Positions 37,759 to 51,450 are shown, counted from the first letter of the stretch. The stretch is 64,000 nucleotides of DNA from Squalus acanthias (GCA_030390025.1 CM059439.1:63798001-63862000); one strand, 5' to 3'. Numbers and translations are program-made. Notes: generated from the sequence alone by a model not told the origin.

Positions 37759-40700
37759 GTACAGCAGACAGGACAAAGCGGTGATAAACCTCAGCTAACA
37801 GCACCTCCTCCAATGGCTGAGTAGGTAAACACATCATCCAGTAAAGCACTACCTCACCCAGACTAGAGGGTCTCAAATTTAAATCTCAGTCAGGTAATCT
37901 CTGCCGCCGGTGTAGCAATTAGGATAATTGGTTTTATGTTCCTAGGCTGGAGGCAAAAAACAAAATCACGACAGGTTCTTGCTCCTATTCATTATCCAGT
38001 GATCCCTGCCAGAAAATGTTCATACATATCAGGTGAAAACAGGCTCTGCTGCTGCTCCCACAGTCAAATAGTCCATCGACACACACAAGAATGAGCACTT
38101 GGGGAGATGTTGACTTCTGTTGAACCACACCCTTTTAGCTGGAGCTGTACTTGGGTCCCAATTTTGAGGGTCTGAGAGAAAGCAAAACAGGAAATCGCTT
38201 GCAACGGAAATTTGATACACACAGAAGTTATGTCATCAATTTATAGCCAGATGTATACAAACCATTGAAAATTTGCATAAAAACATTATTTGGTGCTAAT
38301 TGTGACATTAACTCATGTGACCAGATTTTAACTATTAGGACGATGGCATAATGAGGACTTGTACAGTGGTTCTGGATACCTGAAACAGGCAAATCACTTA
38401 AAAGAACCTTGAGGGAGAATGCAAGCATCCTTACAGCAAAGGTTGATACTGCACTATTCAACTGTAGAAGTGAATGCTCTACAATGCAATCTACTCACGC
38501 GTAGACATACAAGAAGCAAACTGTAGTCCCTCTGGGCACACTTACGGCAGAGACACAGTACACCCGGTCTTAATTGCAATCTCTATTATAATGTATCCAG
38601 TCTATAAACAGTCATTGGAAAGCCACATTTTCATCGATCTGGCAAGCTGCCGTCGAGTACTTTGTTCACAACTGAATCTCAGGGCTCCAGCCTCGAGTGG
38701 ACTTTCACTAGAATGGCAGCTGCTTCTCAGGACCTCCTAGGACAATGTAAAGATGCCTTCTGACATTCTTAGAGAACCATAGGCCAAAGGGCCATGAAGG
38801 TAACCACACCAGCATTATGCAAACTCTGGTTTAGAATGCTATCAGCATTGGCACCAACGCTGAGCAATGATCTTTCAATTCTGGGCATTTACCCATTTCT
38901 TCCCAATATTCTCCCTGTAGGCACCAACTTCATCTTCATTCTTTATGCAGAAGCCTAGACAGTGAGCACCAGCATCATAGCCAAGCCCAATCCTGCTCTC
39001 GCCAAATGCCCAATTTCCAGTAGGAATCACGAGCTGATTTTACACGGTTCCAATCCAGAAGTGGGCAGCCCAGTTGTAACACCCTAACTGCTACCTCAAT
39101 CGAGAGCAGCTAACCCATCACAGACCACGATTAAATCTGGATGCTTCAGGTTTGGCTTTGTGCAACTCTAAGCAATGTTTTTATTTTAAAAACCTACCAA
39201 GTCATCAGGAAAGGTCGGAGCTAACCATCAAGTTCTGACTGCACACATGCCTGCTTTACATACAGGGAAGTCTAACCTTGGGACAAAGGTCATTCATAGA
39301 AGATTCTTTATTCTTTCAATTTTTCCTTTATCTTGTTGGCAGTGACTTATAATGGTGCACAGTTCCATGGGTACCAGCACCCTCTTGACTTCAAGGGTTT
39401 TGTATTCTTCCTGTGCTCATCAGCCACCCACACATCACTGGATAGCAAACAGAATCAAGACTTTCAGCCAATTTCCTCCTCTTAAAAAAACATTCCAATG
39501 AGTATGGAAGTCAATGGCAGCATCCTAACTGCTGTTCTGGTTGAAGATCAGCTAACTCACCAAGAGGATCGAAGCCAACATCATCCAGGTCTGTATCGCT
39601 CAATACCACAAAAACAATGCCTTTAGCCACTGAGCTGCTGGGAATCAGACAAGATTCTTTCACCTAATGCTTTTTTTGCTCAAAACTGAGAAGTCTTGTC
39701 TGTAATTACCAACACTTTTGTTCAAAATTAGTCATGTTAGATGCTTTTACATTGCAAAGAAACATGTTTCCATGATAGCTACCCATTATAAGCCATCCAA
39801 TACGTACGGCAGACTAAACACAGAACCTGCCAAAATATTCAGATAAGTTAAGATTTACATAAGCAACTTTAACAATGAAGGTTTTAAAACTTAGTGTGAC
39901 CTAGAGTTTTATAGACACCTTCCGCTTATATTGGGGTAATGTAAATCTATTTTTTTTTTTAAAAGCACAAGAAATGCAAAATACTCAATTTTGTGCCACT
40001 AAGGGAGTGTCTGTACATGCTATACACACAAGACCAGAAACACAGAATAAGTCACAATGTCAAACTGCATTTTTCTAGGGCGTTGCAGAATATTGCAGCA
40101 TTGCAACATTATGCGGCATATATGCTTCAACGCCTTTTCCTAAAAGTTTGGTAAACTATCGTTACTCAACCGGTCACTTTAGCCTGGCTCCAACCACTCA
40201 GTTCCACCTGCAGTACAGTTAATCATAAACAGGTTGTTGTCACCTGGCCAACACATAAAACCTTGTGCCAGGGTTATAAATTTTCTAGGCTCTAGCACAG
40301 TCACGCTGGGGAGGTGCAGCTCTCACTCTTACGCAGGCACATTGAGTCTACTTCATGTTCCATTAGCAAGCAGATGAGAGAAAAGAGCCCAACTCGGAGC
40401 TGAACCATACAAACAGTCATCATTAGACTACAGAGCACACCCAAACAGCAGCGGCAGTACGATGACCAGGCTTTACCTACTAAAAAGCATCACATAACAT
40501 CTATCGACAGATATTCTGTGCATTCCGAGCTTCACGTTGGATGTTCCATTTTTTTAACTTCTGTCTGCATATAAGCATCTGTCCAGACCAAATTGTTTAA
40601 TTTGAAATAAGAGCAGTTATGTGAAACAAATTAATTCTTGAAACAGCTTTACACACACTAACGTGATAATGTTTTCCAAAATAAATGACTCCCACAAAGG

Positions 40701-41754
40701 CAGCTTGCTCTTGTAGCGCAAGCTTTACACTGAGAAAGCAGTTTGTACTATTTATCATTCACTATCACTGACATACTTAGTTATGACACCCCAGTGCCCA
40801 AGTGTTAACTATGCAGAGCATGTGTCAGCAGCCAGTCGAACCCATCTACGAAAACAGACGTTCACCAGGGAAGAACAGCAAAGCAAACTAAAAAATCTGT
40901 TACAAACTCTGCTCCAATACGCATCTCATTCTCACTCAATCCACAATCACCAAGTGCCTTCAAAGAATGCTCACATTAAAGTCTATTTCTGTTAGGTTGC
41001 CAAACTATAAAAGTTTCCATTTTCTTTTTTCATCACAGGAGTCTACTTTAAAAACTTAATTTTTGATCGGCATAAAAATTATTTCCATTCTGTGACAAAC
41101 ACATTCCCATAGCTTGTTCTTAAATTATGCAGAACAATCTCCAACGTATGATACTGAAAGTTTCGATGTTAGATCTTAGATACAAAGCAGGCTGATCCTG
41201 GACTCTTTCACTGCACTGATGTGCTCCAGGCACCTGCTGAAAATCATTACATGTACCAGTACGCAGGCAAGACAATAACCAAAAGGCAACAGCGGCAAAT
41301 AATCCTTCCTATGAGCAAACCAGATTTCAAGGTTTACGCAAAACTATAACAAACCCACGGTAGCTCAACTACCTTTAAATAAAAATGTCCACAAGGAGTC
41401 ATACCAACAGTGTTTTAATGTCACTGTAAATTTTTCTCAATCCTTTCTTTGCATTTGCTTATTGTTACGCACCCAACAAAGCCAAACCAAATCTCTTACT
41501 AGTCAACCAATGTTCATTCAGGCCAGAAATCCATAATCAATCATTTTTGAACTGTATACCAGTAAGTTCTAGAACAGGATTTGTATTTGATACAGATTTA
41601 GAACAATGAAATTCCTCCCCAAAATAATTAAGAATCTGCAAACAAGCATCAACACTGTCAACTCCAGAAATGACACCATTTGGCAGCCACTCTCTACACA
41701 ACAGAATTATTTAACCATACAATTATTCAAAGGAATTTAAAAAAAAACACTCAC

Positions 41755-41839
41755 ATAATCATGGAAGGCTTTTGCTTCACTCGAATGTTCACATGTATCT
41801 CGCCTTTCAGGAGCTGCACAGTAAAGGTCCCAAAATACA
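41755..41839 (-). CDS. SSBP3: SSBP3 coding exon 4 (85 bp): (C)[28 protein letters not shown]
   Basis: Acceptor ttttctcccccag, donor GTGAGT; phase matches exon 3. As recalled, [10 protein letters not shown] matches SSBP3 rather than SSBP2 (ERRET) or SSBP4. Missed by the ORF track. Confidence 0.96.
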
Positions 41840-44800
41840 CTGGGGGAGAAAAAAAAGTTGTGTTACTAATTATTTCTCTTATTCTAAAATGCATAAGACA
41901 ATCATCTACTCCAGGCAAGCACATGCAAAACACACACGCAGTGTTCAGTTAACAAAGATCATTAGGTTGCAATGCACTGTGCTCATGTGAATAATACACA
42001 GCTCTTAATGATAAGCTGTATAAATACAGGATGTATACAGGCAACAAAACCACAAGAACAGCTACAATTTTCAATAAGTAGTTAATAAATTCATGGCTTT
42101 AAAAAGCAGCGGATTCAAGAAAATATAACTCAGTTCACGTTGATATTTATAGCAACTGAGCAAAAAAAAAGTAATATTACTTAGGCTGAGTATCAAGTAA
42201 ATTGATGCTCATAGTACTTGACTGCAAACACTAACTGCGAGGAAACAGTTACAATTCCAACCCATCAGCTTCTCAGTCTGCTTCAAGGCGTCTGCTCAGT
42301 CCCATTCATGCTGTGTGCTGCGCATTCACAAATCCCCAGGTTCCGCCCCGGGCCTGTACCTGCAGGTGCTCAACTAAAACATTTACCTGACTGAACCTGT
42401 AAATTTGCAAACTAGTCAGTCATTATTCCATATAATTAGTGTCCCGTTGACATCTCTCCAACTCGTACTATATATACACACATCACAGCCCTCAAACTGA
42501 AATCCTGCCTTATTTTAACAGACCTACTTGGAACAGTTTCTAATTACTAGTAATTAGGGACAGCAGATTATTGTAAACATGATTAAAAATCATGATTTCA
42601 CCCCCCACCAACTTTGTCAGAAATTCTACCCCCTCTGAATCCTGTCCTGAAAGCACAAATACATGTTGAGGTACAATTCCACAGGCATCAGCAGCCTTCC
42701 AAAGGACCAGACAGTTCGTCTAAACAGTGGCAGCAAGTTATTCCACCATAACAACATCTCAGGTAAATCTCATCTTATGCTTACCCCACTCACAAACACA
42801 GATTCTCAGATAAATACAGAGAGCAGCCATTCGCCCCATCTAGTTCATCCATAAAACCGACAATCTCCCATCTGGCTGCCTCTTGATTACTCCCAAGCTT
42901 TGACTTCCACCACCACCTAGCTGGAAGACCATTCCAAGTATTGATTACTTTTTGTGTGTAGTGCTACCTGATGGTCCAGAACTTGGTTTTTGTCGCTTTG
43001 TACTCACGGCTCAGTCCTGCAGCTGTGGTTTAACTACAACCTTTTCTATTCCACTTGATATTTTATTGACACCTCTCATATCCCCTTTCATGCACCTCCA
43101 TTCAACACACACACCCTTCCAGCAGGAGTCAATGGATAACAATCAGTAGCTCTAGCTAGTTCTTCCCCTCCCTAGCCTGGGGTCACTGAGGACAACCACC
43201 CAGGCTGAGATTAGCAGAGACACAGATTGAACCTGGAACTTCCCTGGTCTATATGGCTCAATCTTACACTGGACAGTGCATCTAACCTGCTCATCTTTCA
43301 GGAAGCTTAGTAGTACTAATCACTAAAAATATTAAACATTGCTCTTTTAGACCACTTGCTCCCAGGCCAATGCTGCCTTTTAGCTGACTCCTAGGTCACA
43401 GGCCATCAGGCAAAGCTCACCACCTTCACTCAACTCCTCCCCGCAACAGCGCAGATGAGATCACAAACAACATTTGGGGGGGGGGGGGGGGGGGGGGTTG
43501 GTTTAAGGTCGAACATGCATGTCTGTGGCATTGTGCAGTAGTGCTTAGCCTGTCAATAGATTTTTTTGTACAGTAACCAAAAACATGAACCTTTACACCA
43601 GAACTTTTAGGATAGAAGTAAAATACAAACATGTGATTACTATTCTCACAATTATGTGCAAGACATAATTACATAGACTCGCGGAAGTCCGAAGGGACTT
43701 TAAAACCTATATAGAAATCCAACAGGTTCCAAACATTAGGTGGTATGCACCTGGGATTGCATAAACACAATTTCAAGTCATCAATCACTTTTCTAAAAGC
43801 GTAAGCAGGCAGATCAGTAGCAGTTAGAAAATCAGAATAAATAAGTACACCTTCTAGTTGCCGTTAGATGATGAACCAAGACAATATTTATTAACGCAAC
43901 ACACAAACAGCCAAATCACAGTCAGCATACTTCACAATCAGCATGCTTCACAATCTATGTCCCACTGAAGACCCAAGACTTTTAACAACATTTACAAGGA
44001 CCCTACCACTGAGAGCCTAGAACAGGGGTGGAAAAACATTCAAACGTTTGTACTGTAGACGCTCCCAAAAATCAAGGCAAACATCAGCTGATCAAATGTG
44101 ACAAAAAGAAAGCAATACTAAAATGACACACTTAGCACATTTCCCTACCAACATTCCTGGGAAGTCTTATTACATCCCAATTTACATATAATCAGAAAAG
44201 TAAATGATCTTTTTTGGGTGGGGGAGTGGGAAGACAGCGCTATTAAATTCTATAAAGTGCGATATAGCTTGCATTTGTGACATTCAGTACCAATACATCA
44301 CACCCTATGAAGAAATGGGTCCCAAGTTTGATTTGCTACGTAGCGAAGAACAATGGTACTGTATGGAGGTGCCAATCAAACGCACATGTGCTTCCCAACG
44401 TGAGAGATGGAGGTGTTGAAAATGGGAAACGCACCCCCTGGGCTTCCTTCAGGCGCCTTAACTTCCAGCCCACAGTGACTGATGGAAACCTGCGAGCAGG
44501 TTGACTACAGCAAATAACTTAAGACCGCCCAAAATTTTACATATAAACAACATACAAATGCAAGTACACGAATGAATAAATGTTTACCAACACTTTAACT
44601 CTATAGCAGTTTACACAAATACAAATTGCTCCACACCAAAAATCTGTTTATTCAAAAGACAATTTTACACATCTCAGTCTGGTAATGTACAGACAGCAGT
44701 CCTGTTTATGCTATGGAACTTCCAATTCACTTTAAATATGTCCAGGTTTAAATGACAGATTCCCTTGTATCTTTCCCACCTCCATATTTCCCACCCCCAT

Positions 44801-46146
44801 ATATCCCCAAACAGCTGCCACTTCCTCTTTTAGTTTCAGCAGGACTGTGTGGGTGGCTCCGAAGCTGCGATCAGCATCACTCTGTAATCAGTTAATAGGA
44901 GGAATACCACTGTGGGGACTCCTCTCAGTTTTTCACTCCAAGATGATGCACTAAAATGCCAGTAAAATGCCACCCAGCTGAAAAATTCAACAGTTCTCCC
45001 TCATCCCACCACCCTCAAAGCAGAGGGACCAACACCATCTAGCCCTATCCTTCTAATTACCCAACAAGCCAATAGACAAAACTAATCCCAATAAAATTAT
45101 CCTGGTATGAACTGAGCCACAGAATGCAGAGACCCCAGGTCTGATTCTCCAGTCTGTACTGGGTTGGATCTCAACCAAGGGGGGGGGGGGGGGGGGGCAA
45201 CGCTTTAAGGGGTGGGGGTTGGAGAGACGTTAATTAGCCATGGCTTCCATTCACCTACTTGAAAATGGGCATGTGTGGACATCGGGCAAAGACCCAATTA
45301 GACTCATCTGCAATACCCTTCATGATTAAATAGACTGCCAATACAAGTCTAGGCTCCCACATGAAGAATGGCTTCTTGGATGAGGAGCTGGATAACTGCT
45401 ATCACCTGTGGAACCACAACTCCGCAAGAGGCAAAATGTTCATTAAAAGGAGAGAAAAATTGGAAGCTGCTTTTTTTCTTAGGGATAAAAAGAAAGTCCT
45501 CATGACTGGATTCAACCTCCAAGGTGAAGATAAGCACTGAAGCAGCATAATTACCCAACAGCTCTAATAACCCACCTAAACACAGCCAGGTTTTCTATCC
45601 ACTTTAACAAAGTAACGATAGATACAAGAGCATGAGGTTTTTTTCAAATTTAAACCCACATAATAAACTGGTGTAACTGTACACAGCACCAGAGAGGCTT
45701 AAATCCAACAGCAAAGCAATGAGAGTTTGTAAGCACTATGCAGTACAGTAAGGGGGTGGGGGAAGATACATAGGTGAAATTTCTGTCACTGCAATTGCTA
45801 CAAAATGATCTCATGTACATTTGAAATCCTAACGTGTACCTGCATGGCTCAAAATGTAATTTTGAAAACAACCCATGAAAGCTATTTAAAAGAAAACAGA
45901 GCTAATAAACTGCAAACTATTTAATGAAAGGATGTTTAATCAGCACCAAAACTTCCGATTTTATCAAGGAGATGCCTGTTGCTACTATAGCCCATTGTTG
46001 ATCTCCATTATCAGTATTTTTTGGTACAATGTTGTCAAGAAGTTCCAAGAGAAAACACAGAATCAAAGTATCTATATTTATCACTGGGAGCGATGATGGG
46101 AACTCTGCACAAGCCCAATGTGGGACACTTAAAATTATCTACTTAC

Positions 46147-46208
46147 CACCACCAGGAGTGTAAAAACCCAGGAGGTTCTCCTAATGTAATATTTTTCTCC
46201 CATCGTAT
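46147..46208 (-). CDS. SSBP3: SSBP3 coding exon 3 (62 bp): [20 protein letters not shown](C)
   Basis: Acceptor tatgttttgcag, donor GTAAGT; LUFS-domain peptide. Confidence 0.97.
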
Positions 46209-46434
46209 CTGCAAAACATAAACAACAAAAAAAAACACACTCAGAATAAGTACAGAAGAAAAAGGGGGCGAGGGAGTGGGGGGCAGGTTGCATTCAGAAC
46301 TAGTCAGTTGAATAGAATTTTTTTTGTTTTGTAGCCACAATAAATGGCAAAAGGTTAACACAATTCAAAATGGAGGCGAGATTGTCCGCCTGAGAAACAA
46401 AGGCTAAAGCGGAGTGATGGAGACATGCAGTTAC

Positions 46435-46507
46435 CTCTGAGAGGAAGGTCTGTGCAGATTTCTGTGCCCCGACATGAAGCAGATATTCGTACACGTACAG
46501 AGCCAAC
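46435..46507 (-). CDS. SSBP3: SSBP3 coding exon 2 (73 bp): (K)[24 protein letters not shown], LisH motif
   Basis: Acceptor ccttcgcccgcag, donor GTAACT; canonical SSBP/SSDP LisH sequence. Confidence 0.97.
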
Positions 46508-46826
46508 CTGCGGGCGAAGGAGACACAAAGGAGCCGGTTACAAGGCTTTCTATTTATTGCAGCGGGAATGCAGAGAGAGGGAGAGAGAGCAAGAGAGGAG
46601 CTGGGGGTTTGTCAGCGAGCGGCGCTGCACCCAGCCAGCCCCGCCGGACACAATGTTTCATTCAGTTTCTTTAAAGAAGCGGAAACGCACAGCGTGCGAG
46701 TCAAAAACATAATAATAATGAAAAGAGATTTAATCCCCGGGATTTGCAGCGGCCGCTGTCCGGCCCCGGGGAGCCAGTAAACGGTGAGAAATCTCTTATT
46801 TTTTCAAACACCAAAATTAAACTTAC

Positions 46827-46882
46827 TTTTCTCGAGCCTGCCCGTCCGAGGGCACCGCCGAACCTTTGCTTTTGGCGAACAT
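46827..46882 (-). CDS. SSBP3: SSBP3 coding exon 1 (56 bp CDS): MFAKSKGSAVPSDGQARE(K)
   Basis: ATG at 46882-46880, donor GTAAGT at 46826-46821; N-terminus typical of SSBP3. Exons 1-4 total 276 nt = 92 codons with no stop. Confidence 0.96.
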
Positions 46883-46920
46883 GCTTTTTGGGGAAGGAGC
46901 TGCCTGGCGTCGGGCACCTG

Positions 46921-46949
46921 TCAAACCATCAAACCCGGGGCGACCCCAT
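46921..46949 (-). other. Two tandem upstream ORFs (MGSPRV*, MV*) overlapping at TGATG in the probable SSBP3 5' leader
   Basis: ATG GGG TCG CCC CGG GTT TGA (46949-46929) and ATG GTT TGA (46929-46921); the second stop is 38 nt upstream of the main ATG. Inclusion in the mRNA depends on the unknown TSS. Confidence 0.55.
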
Positions 46950-49779
46950 CGCCGCGTCCGCGCACGCAGCCCAGCCCCGGCAGCGGAAAGGGCGGCCTCG
47001 GCCCCGCCTTCGGCGCGAGAGCGGCAGGGGGCTCGGCCAATCGGCTGCCGGTGCCATGCGTCAATCTCTCCCGCTGGCCAATCGGTACCTTCCTCGCCGC
47101 GTCAATCACCCGCAGGCCGCTCTCCCCCTGCGCCAATCAAACTCAGGCAGGTGGGCGGGAGTTTCCCGCTGGAGTGACTGGCCAGTTTGGTTACAGAGAC
47201 GGACTGCGCTGATTGGTCGGCTGCTGAGATACATCGACAGGGGGAGCCTGGAAACTGCGTGCCCAGGAGTTTCTAACACCCCCCCCCTCCCCTTACGCTA
47301 TTCCAGGCTAGGGCGGCATCCCCCCGCTTGGCGGCAGCTGTAAAAACCTGGGACGGAGTGGTGCATTCGGCAGAAAGTCCAAACAAAAATTAAACAAAAT
47401 CCCATTGTTTTAACGCTCAAATCTTTTTCTCTCGCATTCATTTTTGTTTTGGTTAAACGTTCTGGATATTACATTATTTTCTAGTTATTTTTCCCATAGT
47501 AATTGATGTCTTTTCGTTGCTTATCAAAAATGCAATGTTTCTGCTTTAACAAAGTCGACCGCCCCCCCCCAACCCCCTCGGGCAGTGAAAAGGAGATGTT
47601 AGGTTCATACAGAGTTAAGTGCAGAGCTGTACAAAACCGGATTCTGATTACTCGGTTTTAAATCAATGTTGCAAAACCCTAACGCACATGAACAAAAGCG
47701 CATGCAACGCAAAGCATATGGTTCAGGTAAAAATATAACGCGTGGCGAGGTAGTTAGCCCAGAATAGAGCTGCACAAAAGTGACTGCACCGTCATTAATT
47801 ATTCGCGATGTTCTAATATCTTTATTTTTGTGTGGTAGAATATATTTTGCCCCCTTTTAAGGCTCCCTGGTGCGAATAGGAGAATGAGAAATGCAACAGT
47901 TTGGAACTGATCGAAACCGGTTTGCATGCACGTGATGTGCAGTAGTTTTCCATTCAGATGGATCGGATCCTATAGACTGCAACTCATTCTGGAACAGGCA
48001 CTGGGAGCGGTGGCGTTTACCAGTTTGCTAAATCCTTCTAGTTAGTAACAATATCAGACCCCCCATTCAATAGCAGTGAAAAAGCCCGAGCCATCCTGTG
48101 CACAATCAATGCGAGGCTTAACCGTCTAGACCCAATGTTTAACTTCTCCAGCTTCCAGGATGGTTTATAGTAAATTATTCAGAACCGGCTTCCTGTGTGC
48201 ATGAAGTATAAACATATCTAGATTAATCGGTAATTTCTGTGACCACAACCAGAATTATTGTTCGAATCCATGCATCTTGCCTTAGGTCGATTTTAAATTA
48301 CGTGTGTGTGTGTGTTTATACAAGGTCTGTTTGTTTGTATATTGCAGTACATATAACCGTGTAACCACAAAGAAATACAACCCATTTTAAACGCTTTGCG
48401 AATACTATTTCTGAAACAGACAAAACCATCCCTTTTTAAAGATGTTACAATTCTCAGTTCAGAACTTGAATTAATTACCTTTGTGAACAATGACTTCACT
48501 GATTTTTTTTAAGGGGAAAAAAAGTAGAAATCTTGAACCATATCCCGGGATCTTTATTTTAAACCTGGCATCAGCATTAAATGTACCGCACAAAAACGCT
48601 CCAACGCACCACGACTTGGCTTTTAGGTGTATTGTATAGACAACTTAAAAATGCTCTATTTACTGTCTTTTAATGCCAGCCTACAGAGTCTGAATTCGGG
48701 GACACTGAGAAGTGTACATACACGAACCTAAAAATACCGGCTGTAATTTGCATAACCACAGCCCATGCAAGCTGCAACTGAATACCAGTACAGTACTGTG
48801 ATGCTTTTTTCCAACCTTGCCTATTAAAGTCGTCTAGCACCACATTCTACTGAGCTATAGGGGCAGACGATCTAGGTTCAATTGCTACTCTGACAAAGGT
48901 TCTACATCTAGAACTTAACTTGCCTTTCTCTTTTCAGGTGCCCGCGGACCTGCTACCTGTTTCCAGTATTTTTGGTTTTTCAGATTTCTTGTATTTGCAT
49001 TTTTTTCATATTCGAATTAACTGATCTCAACAAGATTTGCAGCCGTCCTTTAAAGTCGTCAGAAACAAACTGCCGGCTCCTTTTGTTTTAGTGTTTTATT
49101 TTTTAAAGTAGGCATATTATTTCATAAAAAGCTGTAGTTTAAGCATACAATGTAATTGCAGACTTGAAGTCCAATCATGAAATAAGGGGCGTTTCACACA
49201 AAGCATTTTCATGGTTCTTGGTCAGCTAAACAATCTTCAAAGTCCTCCATTTGTCATTATTGCTTCATTTGAGTTCTTGTGATTTCAAGCAACTTCTGTG
49301 CAAGTGAGGTCTCTTTGGGGTCGAGTCAGCTCAAAGGTTGCACACCTAACAATGGGAGATTAGAACTGAGCCGATCCTCTCTGGCAGACTCAACAATTTG
49401 ATACTTGAGACAGATACAGTATGCCAGGGCACTCTTTATGATTGGCGAGCTTGGTTGGCTCAGCGCTGGGACCTGGAAGGATACCTGTCACTGGGGCCTG
49501 AGACTCTTCACACTTGCTTCCAGATAATCTCTAAAGTAGGGAGGCTGTAACTGGACAAACAGTTCACTGGTGCTCTGTGTGCAGTTTTAGCTGGTTAAAC
49601 TCCAGCAGTACCCCATCACAAGTTTGGGGATCCCGAACTCTAAGTTTTATGAACTTAAGTAAATGGGTGTATGCTTATGGGAAGAGAGTGTGCACTCCAA
49701 ATGAGACAAATGGAAACTATACTTACATGGATTTCCTAATAGTTTAGTTTGGAGATTCTTAAGCATGGTGATGGGATTC

Positions 49780-51450
49780 CACATTTAATAGGCTTGTGAC
49801 CAAGTTAAAAAAGGAACATGTGATCTGCAGAATGAATTTATTGGCCAGCAATAAATTCACAAATGATAGTGGCTGAAAAAGTTTTGGAGGTTGTCCATTA
49901 AGTTTCACACACATGTAGGATTTGAGTGTAGACACATGGATAGACAATCGTATATAGATAGCAATATTGTTCTTTGGACTAAACCTATACTTGCAATCCA
50001 CATTCATTGCAGGCAGTGTGTCCATGCAAATAAAAAAGCTTTTCTGAGCTTCAGGACACCATTTTGTCCTCCAATCCCAAAACTGCTTGTGTAGATAACT
50101 GAAACTTAGAAGAGAGTTCCTGAACTTCTCTTTCTCCATACAAAATTAATTATTCACATTTGGTGAGAATGCCAGGTTCACCAGATATTAAAGATGGTAA
50201 TTAGTCCTTTGTCTGCCTCAGGAACACAGTATTTATCTATGTTTCCAGACAGGTTTCAAAAACGTTTTGGCAATGGATTGACACATGTTGCAATGCCTCC
50301 TTCGTAAATGAGAAAAAAAACAGACTCTATACTGTTGCTTTCTGAGCTTCTGAAGCAAAACCACATAGCTGTTCTTTCATTGCCTGGAAAATTGCTGACT
50401 TGCCAAAGTAAGAGATTGTGTACAGTCACGATGTTCATGTCTTTTTTTCTGTTAAAGCTTCTGATAAGTCTTTCAGTTCTAGAAGTGATCTGTTCATCAC
50501 ACATTTTTTACAGATGCACTAAAAGTAATCTTCAAGCCCTTGCACTTGCTTCTCTCCTGTGCATCTCATAATGTATCTTTGAAAGTCTCTTCAAAGTGTT
50601 TGCATAATGCAGGGTGGGAGTTCCAGGCAGCATTGGAAACTTAGAATCACCCAATGAGATTCAAGAATTTTGCCAATCTTTTGCAGTTTGACTCCTAGCT
50701 CTCTTTTATTCTTGTAGTCATGCTGTTCAATGAATACAGTGATTCAATAAAAGACTTGAAGCAATTGATGCCATAAACCTCTTCAATTGTGGCCCCTACA
50801 GCCAGTTCAAGATGATGAACTAAGCAGTCCCAGGTAATGACTGAGCTTGGAAACTCATTCTTAAACAGCCACAGCTCCTTTGTTTTATTCCAAACATCAC
50901 AAGCGCACTATCACTGCACATTCTTATCCAAATTTCTTGCAGATCTCTCATTATCCCACAACTTTCAAAGTATACTAGAAGATCTAAGTTGATTATAGTG
51001 GCTGTGGCTCTACTAAGTTCAATCAAGCCAAAGAAGACAGTGATCAGTTTATCATTTCAAAACAAGCCATGCAAATACAAAATCAATGTAGACAGGTTAC
51101 TGATGATTGTGCTTTCATCAATGAAAACAGTTGTTGATACCCCATTGACTTTTTTTCAGAACTTCCTTAGCTGCCAAATGTGCTCCAGGATTTTTTTTGC
51201 AAGTGTTTCATTATGAAAATTACTTTCTTCTCTGATTTTTCCTTCAGCCCATTCTTTTGACAAATGCAGTCTCTACACATTAGCTTACACTTTCAATGGA
51301 GAGGTCCTCACAAGCTTTGATATTTCTGCAGACTGAGCATTCCAGACAGGAATTCTCCAAAACTAGTTATGGATATGCCCCTTTGAAATATTGTACACCT
51401 ATTGCTCACTGCTCCTGGAATCAGGGGGCTGAGCACAAACCAGAGATTCA
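49780..51450 (-). pseudogene. Fossil hAT-superfamily transposase (KIAA1586/ZNF862-like), disrupted
   Basis: Ordered minus-strand motifs: VFIDESTIISNLSTLILYL (D at 51119-51117), CSDSALVMFG (~50918), WDCLVHHLELAV (CxxH, 50832-50797), KIGKILESHWV (RW-motif region, ~50680-50650) and a C-terminal TLPAMNVDCKYRFS...MCVKLNGQPPKLFQP dimerisation-like segment. Ends and TIRs not found. Confidence 0.78.

Larger units (their letters stand above)
46600..47360 (-). promoter_or_regulatory. SSBP3 CpG-island promoter with CCAAT boxes, GC boxes and an E2F site
   Basis: CpG-dense segment around exon 1. CCAAT at 47037, 47078 and 47133, ATTGG at 47212, GC boxes near 46990-47010 and 47152, TTTCCCGC at 47162-47169. 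No TATA box recognised. Confidence 0.85.

Noticed and set aside
1-41754. SSBP3 exon 5 (expected roughly SAAAAPSPV...PPGFFQ)
   Set aside because: Not found by eye. The SAAAVLG segment near 10250 does not match, so exon 5 probably lies beyond the left edge.
43475-43498. Long poly-G runs (also ~33465-33487 and ~45179-45197) as functional G-quadruplexes
   Set aside because: Simple homopolymers common throughout the window, with lengths unreliable in assemblies and no independent support for function.
46744-47343. 199-aa and overlapping plus-strand ORFs at the promoter
   Set aside because: By-products of GC-rich CpG-island sequence antisense to SSBP3 exon 1; no recognisable domain.
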